Program-made: the position numbers and the translations under genes
In this document: one piece after another, positions 1 to 9,625 of the stretch
Layout of the letters: each line of letters begins with the position of its first letter
Position numbering within the stretch: position 1 is the stretch's first letter
The notes under the pieces: model-generated
The model's database searches: none
What the model saw: only the letters and a program-made list of their open reading frames with translations
Told to the model about the DNA's origin: nothing
DNA from: Desulfarculus sp.
GTDB taxonomy: Bacteria; Desulfobacterota; Desulfarculia; Desulfarculales; Desulfarculaceae
Length of the DNA: 64,000 nucleotides
Assembly: GCA_016218705.1 (NCBI GenBank)
Contig: JACRDC010000049.1
Span: forward strand, 21,660-85,659
Direction of reading: 5' to 3'

Positions 1-617
1 TGCACGATATCGCCCATCAGCGCGGCGCGGGCGCGGTGCTGGCCCTGGGCATCAAGAGCGCGGCGGCGGCCTGGGGCATGAGCGACCAGGCCATCCACGT
101 CAAGGGCCTGGAACCGGCGGGCTACGACCCCCGGGTGCTCAAGGGCATGGGCCTGGCCTACGGCACCAGCGACCGCGGGGCCTGCCACCTGCGCGCCACC
201 TTCTATAAACCCGAGCTGGCCGGCATGGTGGACCCCGAGGTGATTGAAGGCAAGGCCGCCACCTTCGTGGAGTGGGAGGACCGGCTGACCTTCTTCGACA
301 CCCTGATCCTGTGCCGCTTCTACCGCGACCTCTACCAGTGGGAGCAACTGGGCCAGATGGTCAAGGCGGTCACTGGCCTGGATTTGGAGCAGAATCAGTT
401 GCGGGCCATCGCCCGGACGGTGAGCGACGACACCCGGCGCTTCAACCTGCGCGAGGGGCTGGTGCCCAGCGACGACCGCCTGCCCGCGCGCTTCACCAGC
501 CAGGCCCTGCCCGAGACGGGCAAGACCATCAGCGCCCAGCAGATGGAGGTGATGCTCCAGGAGTACTACCAGGCCCGGGGCTGGGACCACGAGGGCCGGC
601 CGCCAAGGGAAAAGTAA
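1..617 (+). CDS. Aldehyde:ferredoxin oxidoreductase family (tungstopterin AOR), C-terminal part; 5' end lies outside the window
   Basis: The frame of listed ORF 36..617 stays open back to the window edge. GLEPAGYDPRVLKGMGLAYGTSDRGACHLRATFYKPELAG matches the conserved AOR C-terminal domain as I remember it. Stop TAA 615-617. Confidence 0.8.
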   Translation, partial: HDIAHQRGAGAVLALGIKSAAAAWGMSDQAIHVKGLEPAGYDPRVLKGMGLAYGTSDRGACHLRATFYKPELAGMVDPEVIEGKAATFVEWEDRLTFFDTLILCRFYRDLYQWEQLGQMVKAVTGLDLEQNQLRAIARTVSDDTRRFNLREGLVPSDDRLPARFTSQALPETGKTISAQQMEVMLQEYYQARGWDHEGRPPREK

Positions 618-788
618 CCGCCGGTGGGGGCGAGACCGGCCCCGCCAGGGAGGAGACAAAAGGCGAGAGACAGCGCTTGTTCGGCAAGCCCGCGTCCTTG
701 GTTTTAGCGATGGGGGCCGCGCCCGCCATGGGGATGGCGGAGGCGGGGCCGGCCCGCGGCGAAACAATATCTAGCGAGGAGATGGGGC

Positions 789-2078
789 ATGGCTAAGAAG
801 GGCATGAGCAGAAGGCAGTTCATGAAGGCGGGCCTGTTGACCGCCGCCGCGGCGGCCCTGGGACCGGGGGTGCTCAAACCCACTGGCCTGTGGGCGGCCG
901 AGACCAAGATCAAGGGGCCGGTGAAAGTGGGCTACCAGACCGTTATGTCCGGCACCCTGGCCGGCTACGGCGAGTTCCACAAAATGGGCGCCCAGATGGC
1001 CGTGGAGGAGATCAACGCCGCCGGCGGCATCGGCGGCGTAAAGCTGGAGATGGAACTGCGCGACTCCACCCTCAAGGCCCCCGACGCCATCCAGAACGCC
1101 CGCTACTTCGTGGACTCCTGGGGCGCCGACTTCCTGGCCGGCGTGGACAGCTCCGGCCAGGCCCTGGCCCTGGCCCCGGTGATGGCCGAGCTGGACCGGG
1201 TGCTCATGGTCACCCACGCCGCCACCGAGAAGCTCACCGAGGAGCACGTCTTCAAGAACGGCGTGCGCCAGGTATTCCGCATGGTGACCCCCACCTACCA
1301 GGACGGCTACGCGGCGGCCATCGTGGCCAAGGACCTGCCCATCAAGACCTGGGCCACCATCAGCCCCAAGTACGAGTACGGCTTCACCTGCTGGGAGATG
1401 TTCAAGAGCACGCTCGCGGCCCTGCGCCCCGACGTCACCTTCACCGCCGAGTCCTGGGCGCCCTTTGGCACCACCGACTTCCGCTCGCACATCAACACCA
1501 TCATGGACGCCAAGCCCGAGGGCCTGTACTCGGTGGAGTGGGCCGGCGAACTCATCACCATGGTCAAGCAGGGCCAGCAGGCCGGGCTGTTCAAGCAGGT
1601 CAAGGAGGTCATGCTGCCGGTGGGCGCGGCCATGGACGTGCTGGAGGGCCTGGGACAGGAGCTGCCCGACAACATCTGGGTGTCGGGGCGCTACTACTTC
1701 CTCTACCCCACCAACCAGGCCAACAACGACTGGGTGGGGCGCTTCCACAAGCGCTGGCAGCACTACCCGGCCTACGTCTCCGAGGCGGCCTATTCCACCA
1801 TGTACGCCTTCAAGAAGGCCGTGGAGGCGGCGGGCAGCAAGGACACCAAGGCCGTGATCGGCGCCCTGGAGGGCATGAGCCTGGATACCCCGGCGGGCAC
1901 TCGCGTCTTCCGCAAGGAGGACCACCAGGCCATGTACGACGTGCCCTGGGGCCTGACCAAGAGCGATCCCAAGTACCCCTTCAAGATCATGGGCAAGCAG
2001 GTGGTGGTGCCGGCTTTAGCCTGCTTCGCGCGGCCGCCCTTTGATGGGCCGGCGAGCAAGCCTCCCTTCAAGTCCTGA
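789..2078 (+). CDS. ABC transporter substrate-binding protein, LivK/branched-chain amino acid type
   Basis: 429 aa with a twin-arginine-like signal (SRRQFMKAGLLTAAAAALG). The sequence is of periplasmic binding protein type I and is followed directly by LivH/M/G/F-type genes. SD GAGGAG lies upstream of ATG 789. Confidence 0.85.
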   Translation: MAKKGMSRRQFMKAGLLTAAAAALGPGVLKPTGLWAAETKIKGPVKVGYQTVMSGTLAGYGEFHKMGAQMAVEEINAAGGIGGVKLEMELRDSTLKAPDAIQNARYFVDSWGADFLAGVDSSGQALALAPVMAELDRVLMVTHAATEKLTEEHVFKNGVRQVFRMVTPTYQDGYAAAIVAKDLPIKTWATISPKYEYGFTCWEMFKSTLAALRPDVTFTAESWAPFGTTDFRSHINTIMDAKPEGLYSVEWAGELITMVKQGQQAGLFKQVKEVMLPVGAAMDVLEGLGQELPDNIWVSGRYYFLYPTNQANNDWVGRFHKRWQHYPAYVSEAAYSTMYAFKKAVEAAGSKDTKAVIGALEGMSLDTPAGTRVFRKEDHQAMYDVPWGLTKSDPKYPFKIMGKQVVVPALACFARPPFDGPASKPPFKS

Positions 2079-2137
2079 CGCCACTAACGGCCCCGGTCCC
2101 TTTGGGCCGGGGCCGATTTCGCTCCGGGAGCCTGTCC

Positions 2138-3007
2138 ATGCTGGAGTCCATAGTCCACGTCTGCCTGGCCGGCCTGTCGGGCGGCATGTTCATCTGGCTG
2201 GTGGCCAGCGGCCTGACCCTGATTTTCGGGGTGCTGGGGGTGCTCAACTTCGCCCACGGCAGCTTCTACATGCTGGGCGCCTACCTGTGCTTCAGCGTGC
2301 TGCGCGCCCTGGGCCAGAACTTCTGGTGGGGCCTCTTGCTGGGGCCTTTGGTGGTGGCCGCCGTGGGCTACCTGGTGGAGCGCTTCTTTTTGCGCCGGGT
2401 CTACGGCCTGGAGTTGCCCTACCAGTTGCTACTCACCTTCGCCTTCGTGCTGCTCTTCGATGACCTGGTCAAGATACTCTGGGGGGCCGGCTCCCTGGGC
2501 GCCCCGGGCGCCCCTGGCCTCACGGACTCGGTGCCCATCCTGGGCCGCCAGTTTCCCGTGTACAACCTCTTCGTCATCGCCGTGGGTCCCCTGGTGGCCG
2601 TGGGGTTGTGGGCGCTGTTGGAGAAGACCTGGGCCGGCCGCATCATCCGCGCCTCCTCCTCCGACCGCGAGATGGCTAGCGCCCTGGGGGTCAAGGTGCC
2701 GGCCCTGTTCACGGCGGTCTTCGTCTTCGGCTCCTGGCTGGGGGCCTTGGGCGGGGGCCTGGCCGTGCCCTACCTGGGGCTTCTGACCCCGGGCATGGGC
2801 GAGCAGGTCATCATCGAGGCCTTCGTGGTGGCGGTGATCGGCGGCTTGGGCAGCCTCAAGGGGGCCTTCCTGGGCGCGCTCTTGATCGGCCTGCTCTCGG
2901 CCTTTGGCACGCGTTTTTTGCCGGCCTTCGACATGTTCCTCACCTTCATCCTCATGGCCGGCGTGCTCTTGTGGCGGCCACAGGGCTTTTTCGGGGAGAA
3001 ACGCTAG
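2138..3007 (+). CDS. livH: Branched-chain amino acid ABC transporter permease (LivH type)
   Basis: Polytopic hydrophobic protein in the frame of ORF 2102..3007. ATG 2138 is preceded by GGGAG. Operon position is between the binding protein and the second permease. Confidence 0.85.
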   Translation: MLESIVHVCLAGLSGGMFIWLVASGLTLIFGVLGVLNFAHGSFYMLGAYLCFSVLRALGQNFWWGLLLGPLVVAAVGYLVERFFLRRVYGLELPYQLLLTFAFVLLFDDLVKILWGAGSLGAPGAPGLTDSVPILGRQFPVYNLFVIAVGPLVAVGLWALLEKTWAGRIIRASSSDREMASALGVKVPALFTAVFVFGSWLGALGGGLAVPYLGLLTPGMGEQVIIEAFVVAVIGGLGSLKGAFLGALLIGLLSAFGTRFLPAFDMFLTFILMAGVLLWRPQGFFGEKR

Positions 3008-3970
3008 ATGCAAAACAGGCAGGCATACCTGGCCGCCGCCGCTCTCCTGGTGGGCCTGGCACTGTTGGGGCTGTGGGGTGAGCGGTTCCTGCTCTACCTG
3101 GCCATGCGGGTGATGATCCTGGCCATCTTCGCCCTGGGCTTCGATCTGCTCTTTGGGCGCACGGGGCTTCTTTCCTTTGGCCATGGTGCCTTCTACGCCG
3201 GCGGGGCCTACGGCACGGCCCTGTGCTATTTGCACCTGAGCAAGGACCCCCTGCTGTGCCTCTTGGCCGGCCTGCTGTTGGCCACGGCCTTGGCGCTGAT
3301 CGTGGGCTTTTTTTGCGTGCGGCACACCGAAATTTACTTCGCCATGCTCACCCTGGCCTTCGGCATGATGATCTTCTCGCTGGTGTGGAACCTGCGCGAG
3401 ATCACCGGCGGCGACGACGGCCTGGTGGGCATCAGCCGCCAGGCCATCAACCTGGGGTTGGCCAAATTGCCACTGCGCAAGGAGGGGCAATTCTACTTCC
3501 TGGTGCTCTCCTGCTTCGGCCTGGTACTGTACGCCGTGCACCGCATCCGCTCCTCGCCCTTCGGCCTTATCCTGGCCGGCATACGCGAAAACCACCTGCG
3601 GGCCGAGTTCGCCGGGGCCAACATCAAGAACTACCGCCTGGCGGCCTTCGTGATCTCGGGCTTCCTGGCCGGCCTGGCCGGTGGCCTGGGGGTGCTCCTG
3701 GAGAGCAACGCCGCGCCCTTTGCCGCCCACTGGAGCCACTCCTCGGAGCCGGTGCTGGTCAGCCTCATCGGCGGGCTCAACACCCTGGCCGGGCCGCTGG
3801 TGGGCAGCTTCGTCTTCATCGTGCTCAAGGAAGTGGTCATGCGCGTCACGCCCTACTGGATGCTCTGGTTCGGCGTGGTGCTCCTGGTGATCCTCCTGGG
3901 CTTCAGGGGCGGGGTGGTGGGCACCCTGGCCCAGGCCCTGGGGCGTGGGGCCAAGGAGGCGCGCTCATGA
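3008..3970 (+). CDS. livM: Branched-chain amino acid ABC transporter permease (LivM type)
   Basis: 320 aa hydrophobic protein. ATG 3008 immediately follows the livH stop TAG 3005-3007. Typical LivM-like sequence (GHGAFYAGGAY). Confidence 0.85.
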   Translation: MQNRQAYLAAAALLVGLALLGLWGERFLLYLAMRVMILAIFALGFDLLFGRTGLLSFGHGAFYAGGAYGTALCYLHLSKDPLLCLLAGLLLATALALIVGFFCVRHTEIYFAMLTLAFGMMIFSLVWNLREITGGDDGLVGISRQAINLGLAKLPLRKEGQFYFLVLSCFGLVLYAVHRIRSSPFGLILAGIRENHLRAEFAGANIKNYRLAAFVISGFLAGLAGGLGVLLESNAAPFAAHWSHSSEPVLVSLIGGLNTLAGPLVGSFVFIVLKEVVMRVTPYWMLWFGVVLLVILLGFRGGVVGTLAQALGRGAKEARS

Positions 3971-4725
3971 GCGCGCCGCTGATGGAGGTGCGCGGGCTCA
4001 GCAAGGCCTTCGGCAAGGTCGTCACCGCCCGCAATATAGACCTGGCCTTCCAGGCCGGGGAGCTGACCAGCATCATCGGACCCAATGGCGCCGGCAAGTC
4101 CACCTTTATCAACATGATGTCCGGCTCGCTGGCGGTGGACGCCGGCGCCATACTTTTTCTGGGCCGCGATGTGACCAGGCTGCCCATCCATGAGCGGGTG
4201 GGCCTGGGGCTGTGCCGCAGCTTCCAGGTGGTCAATGTCTTCCCGGGGTTGACCGTCTTCGAGAACGTGGAGATACCCGTGCTGGTGGCCGCCAAGAGGG
4301 CCACGCGCTTCTTCGCGCCGCGCGCCAGGGAGGCCCAGGCCCACGAGGCGGTTCGGGAGGTGCTGGAGCGGGTGGGCCTGGCCGCGCGGGCCGAGGTCAA
4401 GGCCAGCGAGCTGAGCCACGGCGACCAGCGCCTGCTGGAGGTGGCCGTGGCCCTGGCCGCCCGGCCCAAGCTGTTGTTTTTGGACGAGCCCACGGCGGGC
4501 ATGAACCCGGTGGAGCGGGTGGAGATACTCAAGCACATCCGCCGTCTCAACCAGGAGGGCGGGACCACCTTCATCATTGTGGAGCACGACATGGACATCG
4601 TCTTCTCGCTCTCCGACCGGGTGGTGGTGCTGCACCGCGGCGACGTCATCTGCGACGGCCCGCCGGCGCACGTGCAGTGCGACCCCCAGGTGCGCGAGTG
4701 CTACCTGGGCGAGGAGGTGGCGTGA
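3967..4725 (+). CDS. livG: ABC transporter ATP-binding protein (LivG type)
   Basis: Walker A GPNGAGKST, signature LSHGDQRLLEVA, Walker B LLFLDEP. ATG 3967 overlaps the livM stop (ATGA). The upstream 248 codons of listed ORF 3223..4725 are a shadow of livM. Confidence 0.9.
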   Translation: MSAPLMEVRGLSKAFGKVVTARNIDLAFQAGELTSIIGPNGAGKSTFINMMSGSLAVDAGAILFLGRDVTRLPIHERVGLGLCRSFQVVNVFPGLTVFENVEIPVLVAAKRATRFFAPRAREAQAHEAVREVLERVGLAARAEVKASELSHGDQRLLEVAVALAARPKLLFLDEPTAGMNPVERVEILKHIRRLNQEGGTTFIIVEHDMDIVFSLSDRVVVLHRGDVICDGPPAHVQCDPQVRECYLGEEVA

Positions 4726-5426
4726 TGCTCCTGGAGGTCGGCGCCATAGACACCTTTTACGGCACCTCGCACATCCTGCAGCAGGTGAGCCTGACCGTGG
4801 AGGCCGGCGAGGTGGTGGCCCTGTTGGGGCGCAATGGCGTGGGCAAGACCACCACCCTGCGCTCCATCATGGGGCTCACCCCGCCCAAGGCCGGCGGCGT
4901 GCGCCTGCAAGACAAGCCCTTGAACGGCCTGGGCGCCCACGCCATCTCCCGGCTGGGCGTGGCCTACATGCCCGACGACCTGCGCATCTTCCCGGACCTG
5001 ACCTGCGAGGAGAACCTCCTGATCGCCCAGAAGCTCTCGCCCCGCCAGGGCTACTGGGACCAGGAGCGCGTGGAGGCCCTGTTCCCGGTGCTGGCCGAGC
5101 GGCGCCGCCAAAAGGGACTGAACCTCAGCGGCGGCGAGAAGAAAATGTTGGCCATGGGCCGGGCGCTCATGGCCAACCCCCAGCTCATCCTCATGGACGA
5201 GCCCTCGGAGGGCCTGGCGCCCCTGATCGTGCGCGCCCTGGTCCTGGCCATCGCCGAGATTCGCGGCCACGGGGTCACCATCCTCTTGGCCGATCAAAAC
5301 CTGAAATTCTGCCGCCAGGTCTGCGACCGGGGCTACATCATCGAGAAGGGGCGCATCGTGCACCAGGGTGGCATGGAAGAAATCTGGGCCAACGAGGACG
5401 TGGTCAAGAAATACCTGGCGCTGTGA
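4725..5426 (+). CDS. livF: ABC transporter ATP-binding protein (LivF type)
   Basis: Walker A GRNGVGKTT, signature LSGGEKKMLAMG, Walker B ILMDEP. ATG 4725 overlaps the livG stop TGA 4723-4725. Confidence 0.9.
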   Translation: MLLEVGAIDTFYGTSHILQQVSLTVEAGEVVALLGRNGVGKTTTLRSIMGLTPPKAGGVRLQDKPLNGLGAHAISRLGVAYMPDDLRIFPDLTCEENLLIAQKLSPRQGYWDQERVEALFPVLAERRRQKGLNLSGGEKKMLAMGRALMANPQLILMDEPSEGLAPLIVRALVLAIAEIRGHGVTILLADQNLKFCRQVCDRGYIIEKGRIVHQGGMEEIWANEDVVKKYLAL

Positions 5427-5466
5427 GCCGGCGCGGCCGTGGGGCTAATAACGAGCGAGGCGCGTG

Positions 5467-6228
5467 ATGCTCGACATCTTCGATCTCAGCGGCAAGGTGG
5501 CCATGGTCACCGGCGCCAGCCGTGGGCTAGGTGAGGCGGCGGCCAAGGGCCTGGCCAAGGCCGGGGCCGACCTGGCCCTCTGCGGCCGCAACGCCGCCGA
5601 CCTGGAGCGGGTGGCCGGCCAGATTCGCGATCTGGGCCGCCAGGCCCAGGGCTTCCACCTGGACGTGCTTTCCAAGACCAACGTGCACGAGGGCGTGGCC
5701 AGCATACTGGATCACTTCGGCCGGGTGGACATCCTGGTCAACAACGCCGGGGTCAACAACCGCCAGCCGGTGCTGGAGTTCCCCGAGGAGGCCTGGGACC
5801 TGATCCTGGCCACCAACCTCAAGGGCTACTTCCTGGTCAGCCAGGCCGTGGCGCCCCAGATGCTTGAACGAGGCTACGGCAAGATCATCAACATGAGCTC
5901 CATCCTGGGGGCCGTGGGCTTGCCCGGCCAGGTGGCCTACGCCTCCAGCAAGGGCGGAGTGGACCAGCTTACCAAGGTCATGGCCCTGGAGTGGGCCAAG
6001 CTGGGGGTGCGGGTCAACGCCGTGGCCCCAACTTACTTTGAGACCGAGCTGGTCAAGCCCCTGCGCAACGACCCCGAGCGCTTCAACTTCATCAACGAGC
6101 GCACGCCCATGGGCCGTTGGGGCTACCCCCAGGAGCTGGAGGGCCTGGTCATTTTCCTGGCCGCCCAGGCCTCGGACTTCATCACCGGCCAGACCATCTA
6201 CATAGACGGTGGCTGGACCATCTGGTAA
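5467..6228 (+). CDS. Short-chain dehydrogenase/reductase (SDR) family oxidoreductase
   Basis: Rossmann motif TGASRGLG, NNAG, catalytic Y-x3-K (YASSK). GTG 5464 and ATG 5467 are both possible starts. GAGG lies 6 nt before the ATG. Confidence 0.85.
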   Translation: MLDIFDLSGKVAMVTGASRGLGEAAAKGLAKAGADLALCGRNAADLERVAGQIRDLGRQAQGFHLDVLSKTNVHEGVASILDHFGRVDILVNNAGVNNRQPVLEFPEEAWDLILATNLKGYFLVSQAVAPQMLERGYGKIINMSSILGAVGLPGQVAYASSKGGVDQLTKVMALEWAKLGVRVNAVAPTYFETELVKPLRNDPERFNFINERTPMGRWGYPQELEGLVIFLAAQASDFITGQTIYIDGGWTIW

Positions 6229-6241
6229 GGGAGCGCCCGTC

Positions 6242-7777
6242 ATGCTGGTGCACGAAATCCTGGAGTACTCCGCGCGGCGCCTGCCCGGCAAGACCGCCCT
6301 GGTGGAGGGCGACACCTCCCTGACCTATGCCCAGGCCTGGTCCAGGGTGCAGGCCCTGGCCGCCGGTCTGGCCGCCCAGGGCGTGCGCCCCGGCGACCGG
6401 GTGGCCCTCTTGTTCCCCAACTGCCTGGAGTTCTGCCTGGCCTATTTTGCGGTGCTTAGCCTGGGGGCCGTGGCCGTGCCCCTGAACAACCGCCTGGCCA
6501 GCCGCGAGTTCGCCTACATCGTGGGCGACGCCGGCCCCAAGGTGCTGATGCTGGGCCAGCAGTTCTGGGAGGCCTACCAGGGCTTCCGGGACGAACTTAC
6601 CCAGCAGCCGCTGCTGGTATGCGCCGGCCCCGACTGCCCGGACGGCGCCTTGTCTTTCGACGGCCTGTGCGCGACCGGTCAGACCCCGGCAGCCCCGCCG
6701 GCGCTTGACTCCGGCAGCCCCGCCTGCATCATGTACACCTCGGGCACCACGGGCCTGCCCAAGGGCGCGGTGATGAGCCACGGCAACATCTTCGCCAACG
6801 CGCGCAACTGCGGCGCCCATCTTAACTACCGCCAGAGCGACGTCACCCTGATCGTGGTGCCCCTGTTCCACGTCACCGGCCTCAACTCCCAACTGGTGGC
6901 CATGGCCTACGTGGGCGGCTCATGCGTGATAATGCGCGCCTACAACACCGCCCAGATGATCGAGCTCATCGCCCGCCACCGGGTCAGCATCACCTTCAAG
7001 GTGCCCACCATGTATACCCTGATGCTGGTCAGCCCATCCCTGGAACAGCACGACCTGGCCAGCCTGCGCCTGGCCGCCTATGGCGGGGCGCCCATGGACC
7101 CCGCCACCATCGAGGCCTTGCAGCAAAGGCTGGGCGTGGACCTGTACAACGCCTACGGGCTAACCGAGACCAGTTCGCTGGCCACCGTGCTGCCCTGCTG
7201 CGACGCCCTGCGCAAGGCCGGCTCGGTGGGCCTGGCGGTCACCGGCGTCAATCTGAAGGTGGTGGACGGCCAGGGCCAGGCCCTGCCCGCCGGCCTGGTG
7301 GGCGAGCTGTGGGCGCAGGGCCCCAATGTGGTGCAGAGCTACTGGAACAAGCCCCAGGCCAGCGCCGAGAGCCTGGGCGGCGGCTGGCTGCGCACCGGCG
7401 ACGTGGCGCGCATTGACGGCGAGGGGTTCGTCTACATCGTGGACCGCAAGAAGGACATGATCTGCCGGGGCGGCGAGAACATCTACTCCATCGAGGTGGA
7501 GGCGGCGCTGCTCAAGCACCCCCAGGTGATGGAGGCCGCCGTGGTGCCCAGGCCCCACTCCATCTTCCAGGAGGTGGTGCACGCCTTCTTGGTTCTCAAG
7601 CCCGGCGGCCAGGCCAGCGAGGACGAGATCATCGCCCACTGCCGCCGGCACATCGCCGACTTCAAGGCGCCGGCCTCGGTAAGCTTCGTGGAGGCCATGC
7701 CGCGCAACCCCGGCGGCAAGGTGCTGAAAAACGTGCTGCGCCAGGAGGTGCCCCCCGGCGATCCCCCCCGGCGCTAG
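6242..7777 (+). CDS. AMP-forming acyl-CoA synthetase/ligase
   Basis: AMP-binding signature IMYTSGTTGLPKGA, then YGLTE and TGD motifs and a C-terminal GGKVLK. ATG 6242 is in the frame of ORF 6209..7777. Confidence 0.85.
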   Translation: MLVHEILEYSARRLPGKTALVEGDTSLTYAQAWSRVQALAAGLAAQGVRPGDRVALLFPNCLEFCLAYFAVLSLGAVAVPLNNRLASREFAYIVGDAGPKVLMLGQQFWEAYQGFRDELTQQPLLVCAGPDCPDGALSFDGLCATGQTPAAPPALDSGSPACIMYTSGTTGLPKGAVMSHGNIFANARNCGAHLNYRQSDVTLIVVPLFHVTGLNSQLVAMAYVGGSCVIMRAYNTAQMIELIARHRVSITFKVPTMYTLMLVSPSLEQHDLASLRLAAYGGAPMDPATIEALQQRLGVDLYNAYGLTETSSLATVLPCCDALRKAGSVGLAVTGVNLKVVDGQGQALPAGLVGELWAQGPNVVQSYWNKPQASAESLGGGWLRTGDVARIDGEGFVYIVDRKKDMICRGGENIYSIEVEAALLKHPQVMEAAVVPRPHSIFQEVVHAFLVLKPGGQASEDEIIAHCRRHIADFKAPASVSFVEAMPRNPGGKVLKNVLRQEVPPGDPPRR

Positions 7778-7789
7778 GGGCCAACGCCC

Positions 7790-8053
7790 GTGCGCGTGGC
7801 GCTGAAATTCTGCGGGGGGTGCGACCCTGGCTTTGAACGCGGGGAATACTGGCAGGCCATCGCCCGGGCCGCCGGCCCAGAGATAGAGTGGGCGCGCCTG
7901 GAGGAAGAAGGCTGCCAGGCCGTGCTGCTGATCTGCGGCTGCGACACGGCCTGCCCACAGAAGGACATGCCCCCGGGCCTCAGACAGGTCTGCCTGAAAG
8001 ACGACCGCCTGGCCCCCGGCCAGGTGGTGAAAAAAATACTCCAGAAAGAGTGA
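7790..8053 (+). CDS. Small Cys-rich protein with CGGC motif, function unknown
   Basis: 87 aa starting at GTG. Contains KFCGGCDPGF and LLICGCDTACP. Sits 4 nt upstream of abfD and 12 nt after the ligase stop. Coding status rests on its position and Cys pattern only. Confidence 0.45.
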   Translation: MRVALKFCGGCDPGFERGEYWQAIARAAGPEIEWARLEEEGCQAVLLICGCDTACPQKDMPPGLRQVCLKDDRLAPGQVVKKILQKE

Positions 8054-8057
8054 AACC

Positions 8058-9500
8058 ATGAAGACCATACGCACCAAGGAAGACTACCTGCAAAGCCTGC
8101 GCGAGCTGGGCAGCGTCATCTATTTCAACGGCCAGCGGGTGGCCGACATCACCACCCACCCGGCCTTCATCCCCCACATCAACGCCGCCGCCAAGACCTA
8201 CGAGCTGGCCCAGCGCCCCGAGAGCGAGGACCTGGCCACGGCAATCAGCCACCTGACGGGCAAGCGCATCAATCGCTTCACGCACATCCATCAGTCGGTG
8301 GAGGACCTGATAAAGAAGGTCCAACTCCTCAGGCTCATCGCCCACGAGACCGGCAGTTGCTTCCAGCGCTGCGTGGGCTGGGACGCCATGAACGCCACCT
8401 ACATGACCACCTATGAGATTGACCAGAAGCACGGCACGCAGTATCACGCGCGCTTCGTGGAGTTCTTGAAGCGCATCCAGAGCGAAAACTTCATGCTGGT
8501 GGGCGGCATGACCGACCCCAAGGGCGACCGCTCCCTGCCCCCGGCCCAACAGGAGGACCTTGACCTCTTCACCCACGTGGTGGAGAAAAACGACAAGGGC
8601 ATCGTCATCCGGGGCGCCAAGGCCCACCAGACCGGCGGGGCCAACAGCCACGAGATACTGCTCATGCCCACCCAGGCCATGCGCCCCGATGACGCCGACT
8701 TCGCCCTGGTGGCGGCGGTGCCACTGAACGCGCCTGGAGTGGTGCAGATCTTCGGACGCCAGACCAACGACGAGCGCAAGCTGACCGGTGGCATGGACGC
8801 CGGCAACCCGGACTACGGCCTGGTGGGCGGCGAGACGCTCATCGTCTTCGAAAACGTCTTCGTGCCCTGGGAGCGCGTCTTCATGCTGGGCGAGACCGAG
8901 TTCGCCGGCCTGTTGGTGGAGCGCTTCGCCACCCTGCACCGCCAGAACTACGGCGGCTGCAAGGGCGGGGTCAGCGACATCCTGGTGGGGGCCTGCGCCT
9001 TGGCCAGCGAGATGCAGGGCTCGGCCAAGGCCAGCCACGTCAAGGAGAAGCTGGCCGAGATGATGCACCTGGCCGAGACCCTCTACGCCGGCTCGGTGGC
9101 CTGCTCGGCCATGGGCTCCAAGACGGCCAGCGGCGCCTTCTACCCCGACCCGCTCCTGGCCAACTGCACCAAGCACAACGTCACCCGCCACATCTACGAG
9201 ATCGCCCGCCTGGCCCACGACGTGGCCGGCGGCATCCTGGCCACCATGCCCTCTGAGAAAGACCTCAATAGCCCCGAGGTGGGCGGCTACGTGCGCAAGT
9301 ACATGGCCGGGGTCAAGGGCGTCTCTCCCGAGAACCGCATGCGCATCCTGCGCCTGATCGAGAACATGACCAGCGGCACCGCCTTGGTGGAGTCCATGCA
9401 CGGCGCCGGCTCGCCCCAGACCCAGAAGGTGATGTACGGCCGCCTGGGCAAGATGGACATGAAGAAGAAGATGGCCGCCAAGCTGGCGGGGGTTCAGTAG
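8058..9500 (+). CDS. abfD: 4-hydroxybutyryl-CoA dehydratase / vinylacetyl-CoA delta-isomerase
   Basis: 480 aa. Blocks SCFQRCVGWDA (Cys ligands), MTDPKGDR, IRGAKAHQTGG, HRQNYGGCKGG and ESMHGAGSPQTQ closely parallel the Clostridium aminobutyricum AbfD sequence as I recall it. Confidence 0.9.
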   Translation: MKTIRTKEDYLQSLRELGSVIYFNGQRVADITTHPAFIPHINAAAKTYELAQRPESEDLATAISHLTGKRINRFTHIHQSVEDLIKKVQLLRLIAHETGSCFQRCVGWDAMNATYMTTYEIDQKHGTQYHARFVEFLKRIQSENFMLVGGMTDPKGDRSLPPAQQEDLDLFTHVVEKNDKGIVIRGAKAHQTGGANSHEILLMPTQAMRPDDADFALVAAVPLNAPGVVQIFGRQTNDERKLTGGMDAGNPDYGLVGGETLIVFENVFVPWERVFMLGETEFAGLLVERFATLHRQNYGGCKGGVSDILVGACALASEMQGSAKASHVKEKLAEMMHLAETLYAGSVACSAMGSKTASGAFYPDPLLANCTKHNVTRHIYEIARLAHDVAGGILATMPSEKDLNSPEVGGYVRKYMAGVKGVSPENRMRILRLIENMTSGTALVESMHGAGSPQTQKVMYGRLGKMDMKKKMAAKLAGVQ

Positions 9501-9625
9501 GGCGCGGCCCACAACGACGCGATTGGGACAAGACGGGCGGGGGTCGAGTGCCTCGACTCCCAATGCGGGTCGGGAGACGCTCTACCCTGACCAACCCCGT
9601 CGGCTCCCGTACAGACCTTGTTGAA

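Noticed and set aside
3223-3966. N-terminal 248 codons of listed ORF 3223..4725, suggesting a 500-aa ATPase.
   Set aside because: This part overlaps livM in another frame and is Arg/Pro/Gly-rich. The conserved ABC ATPase sequence begins at ATG 3967, which overlaps the livM stop.
9531-9610. tRNA-like segment on the minus strand (GGTCAGGGTAGAGCG resembles a D-arm; GTCGAG-GCA-CTCGAC resembles a T-arm).
   Set aside because: No cloverleaf can be built. The would-be anticodon loop is 10 nt, the T-loop only 3 nt, the D-stem has a mismatch and the acceptor pairing is poor. More likely part of the REP-like or hairpin-rich spacer.
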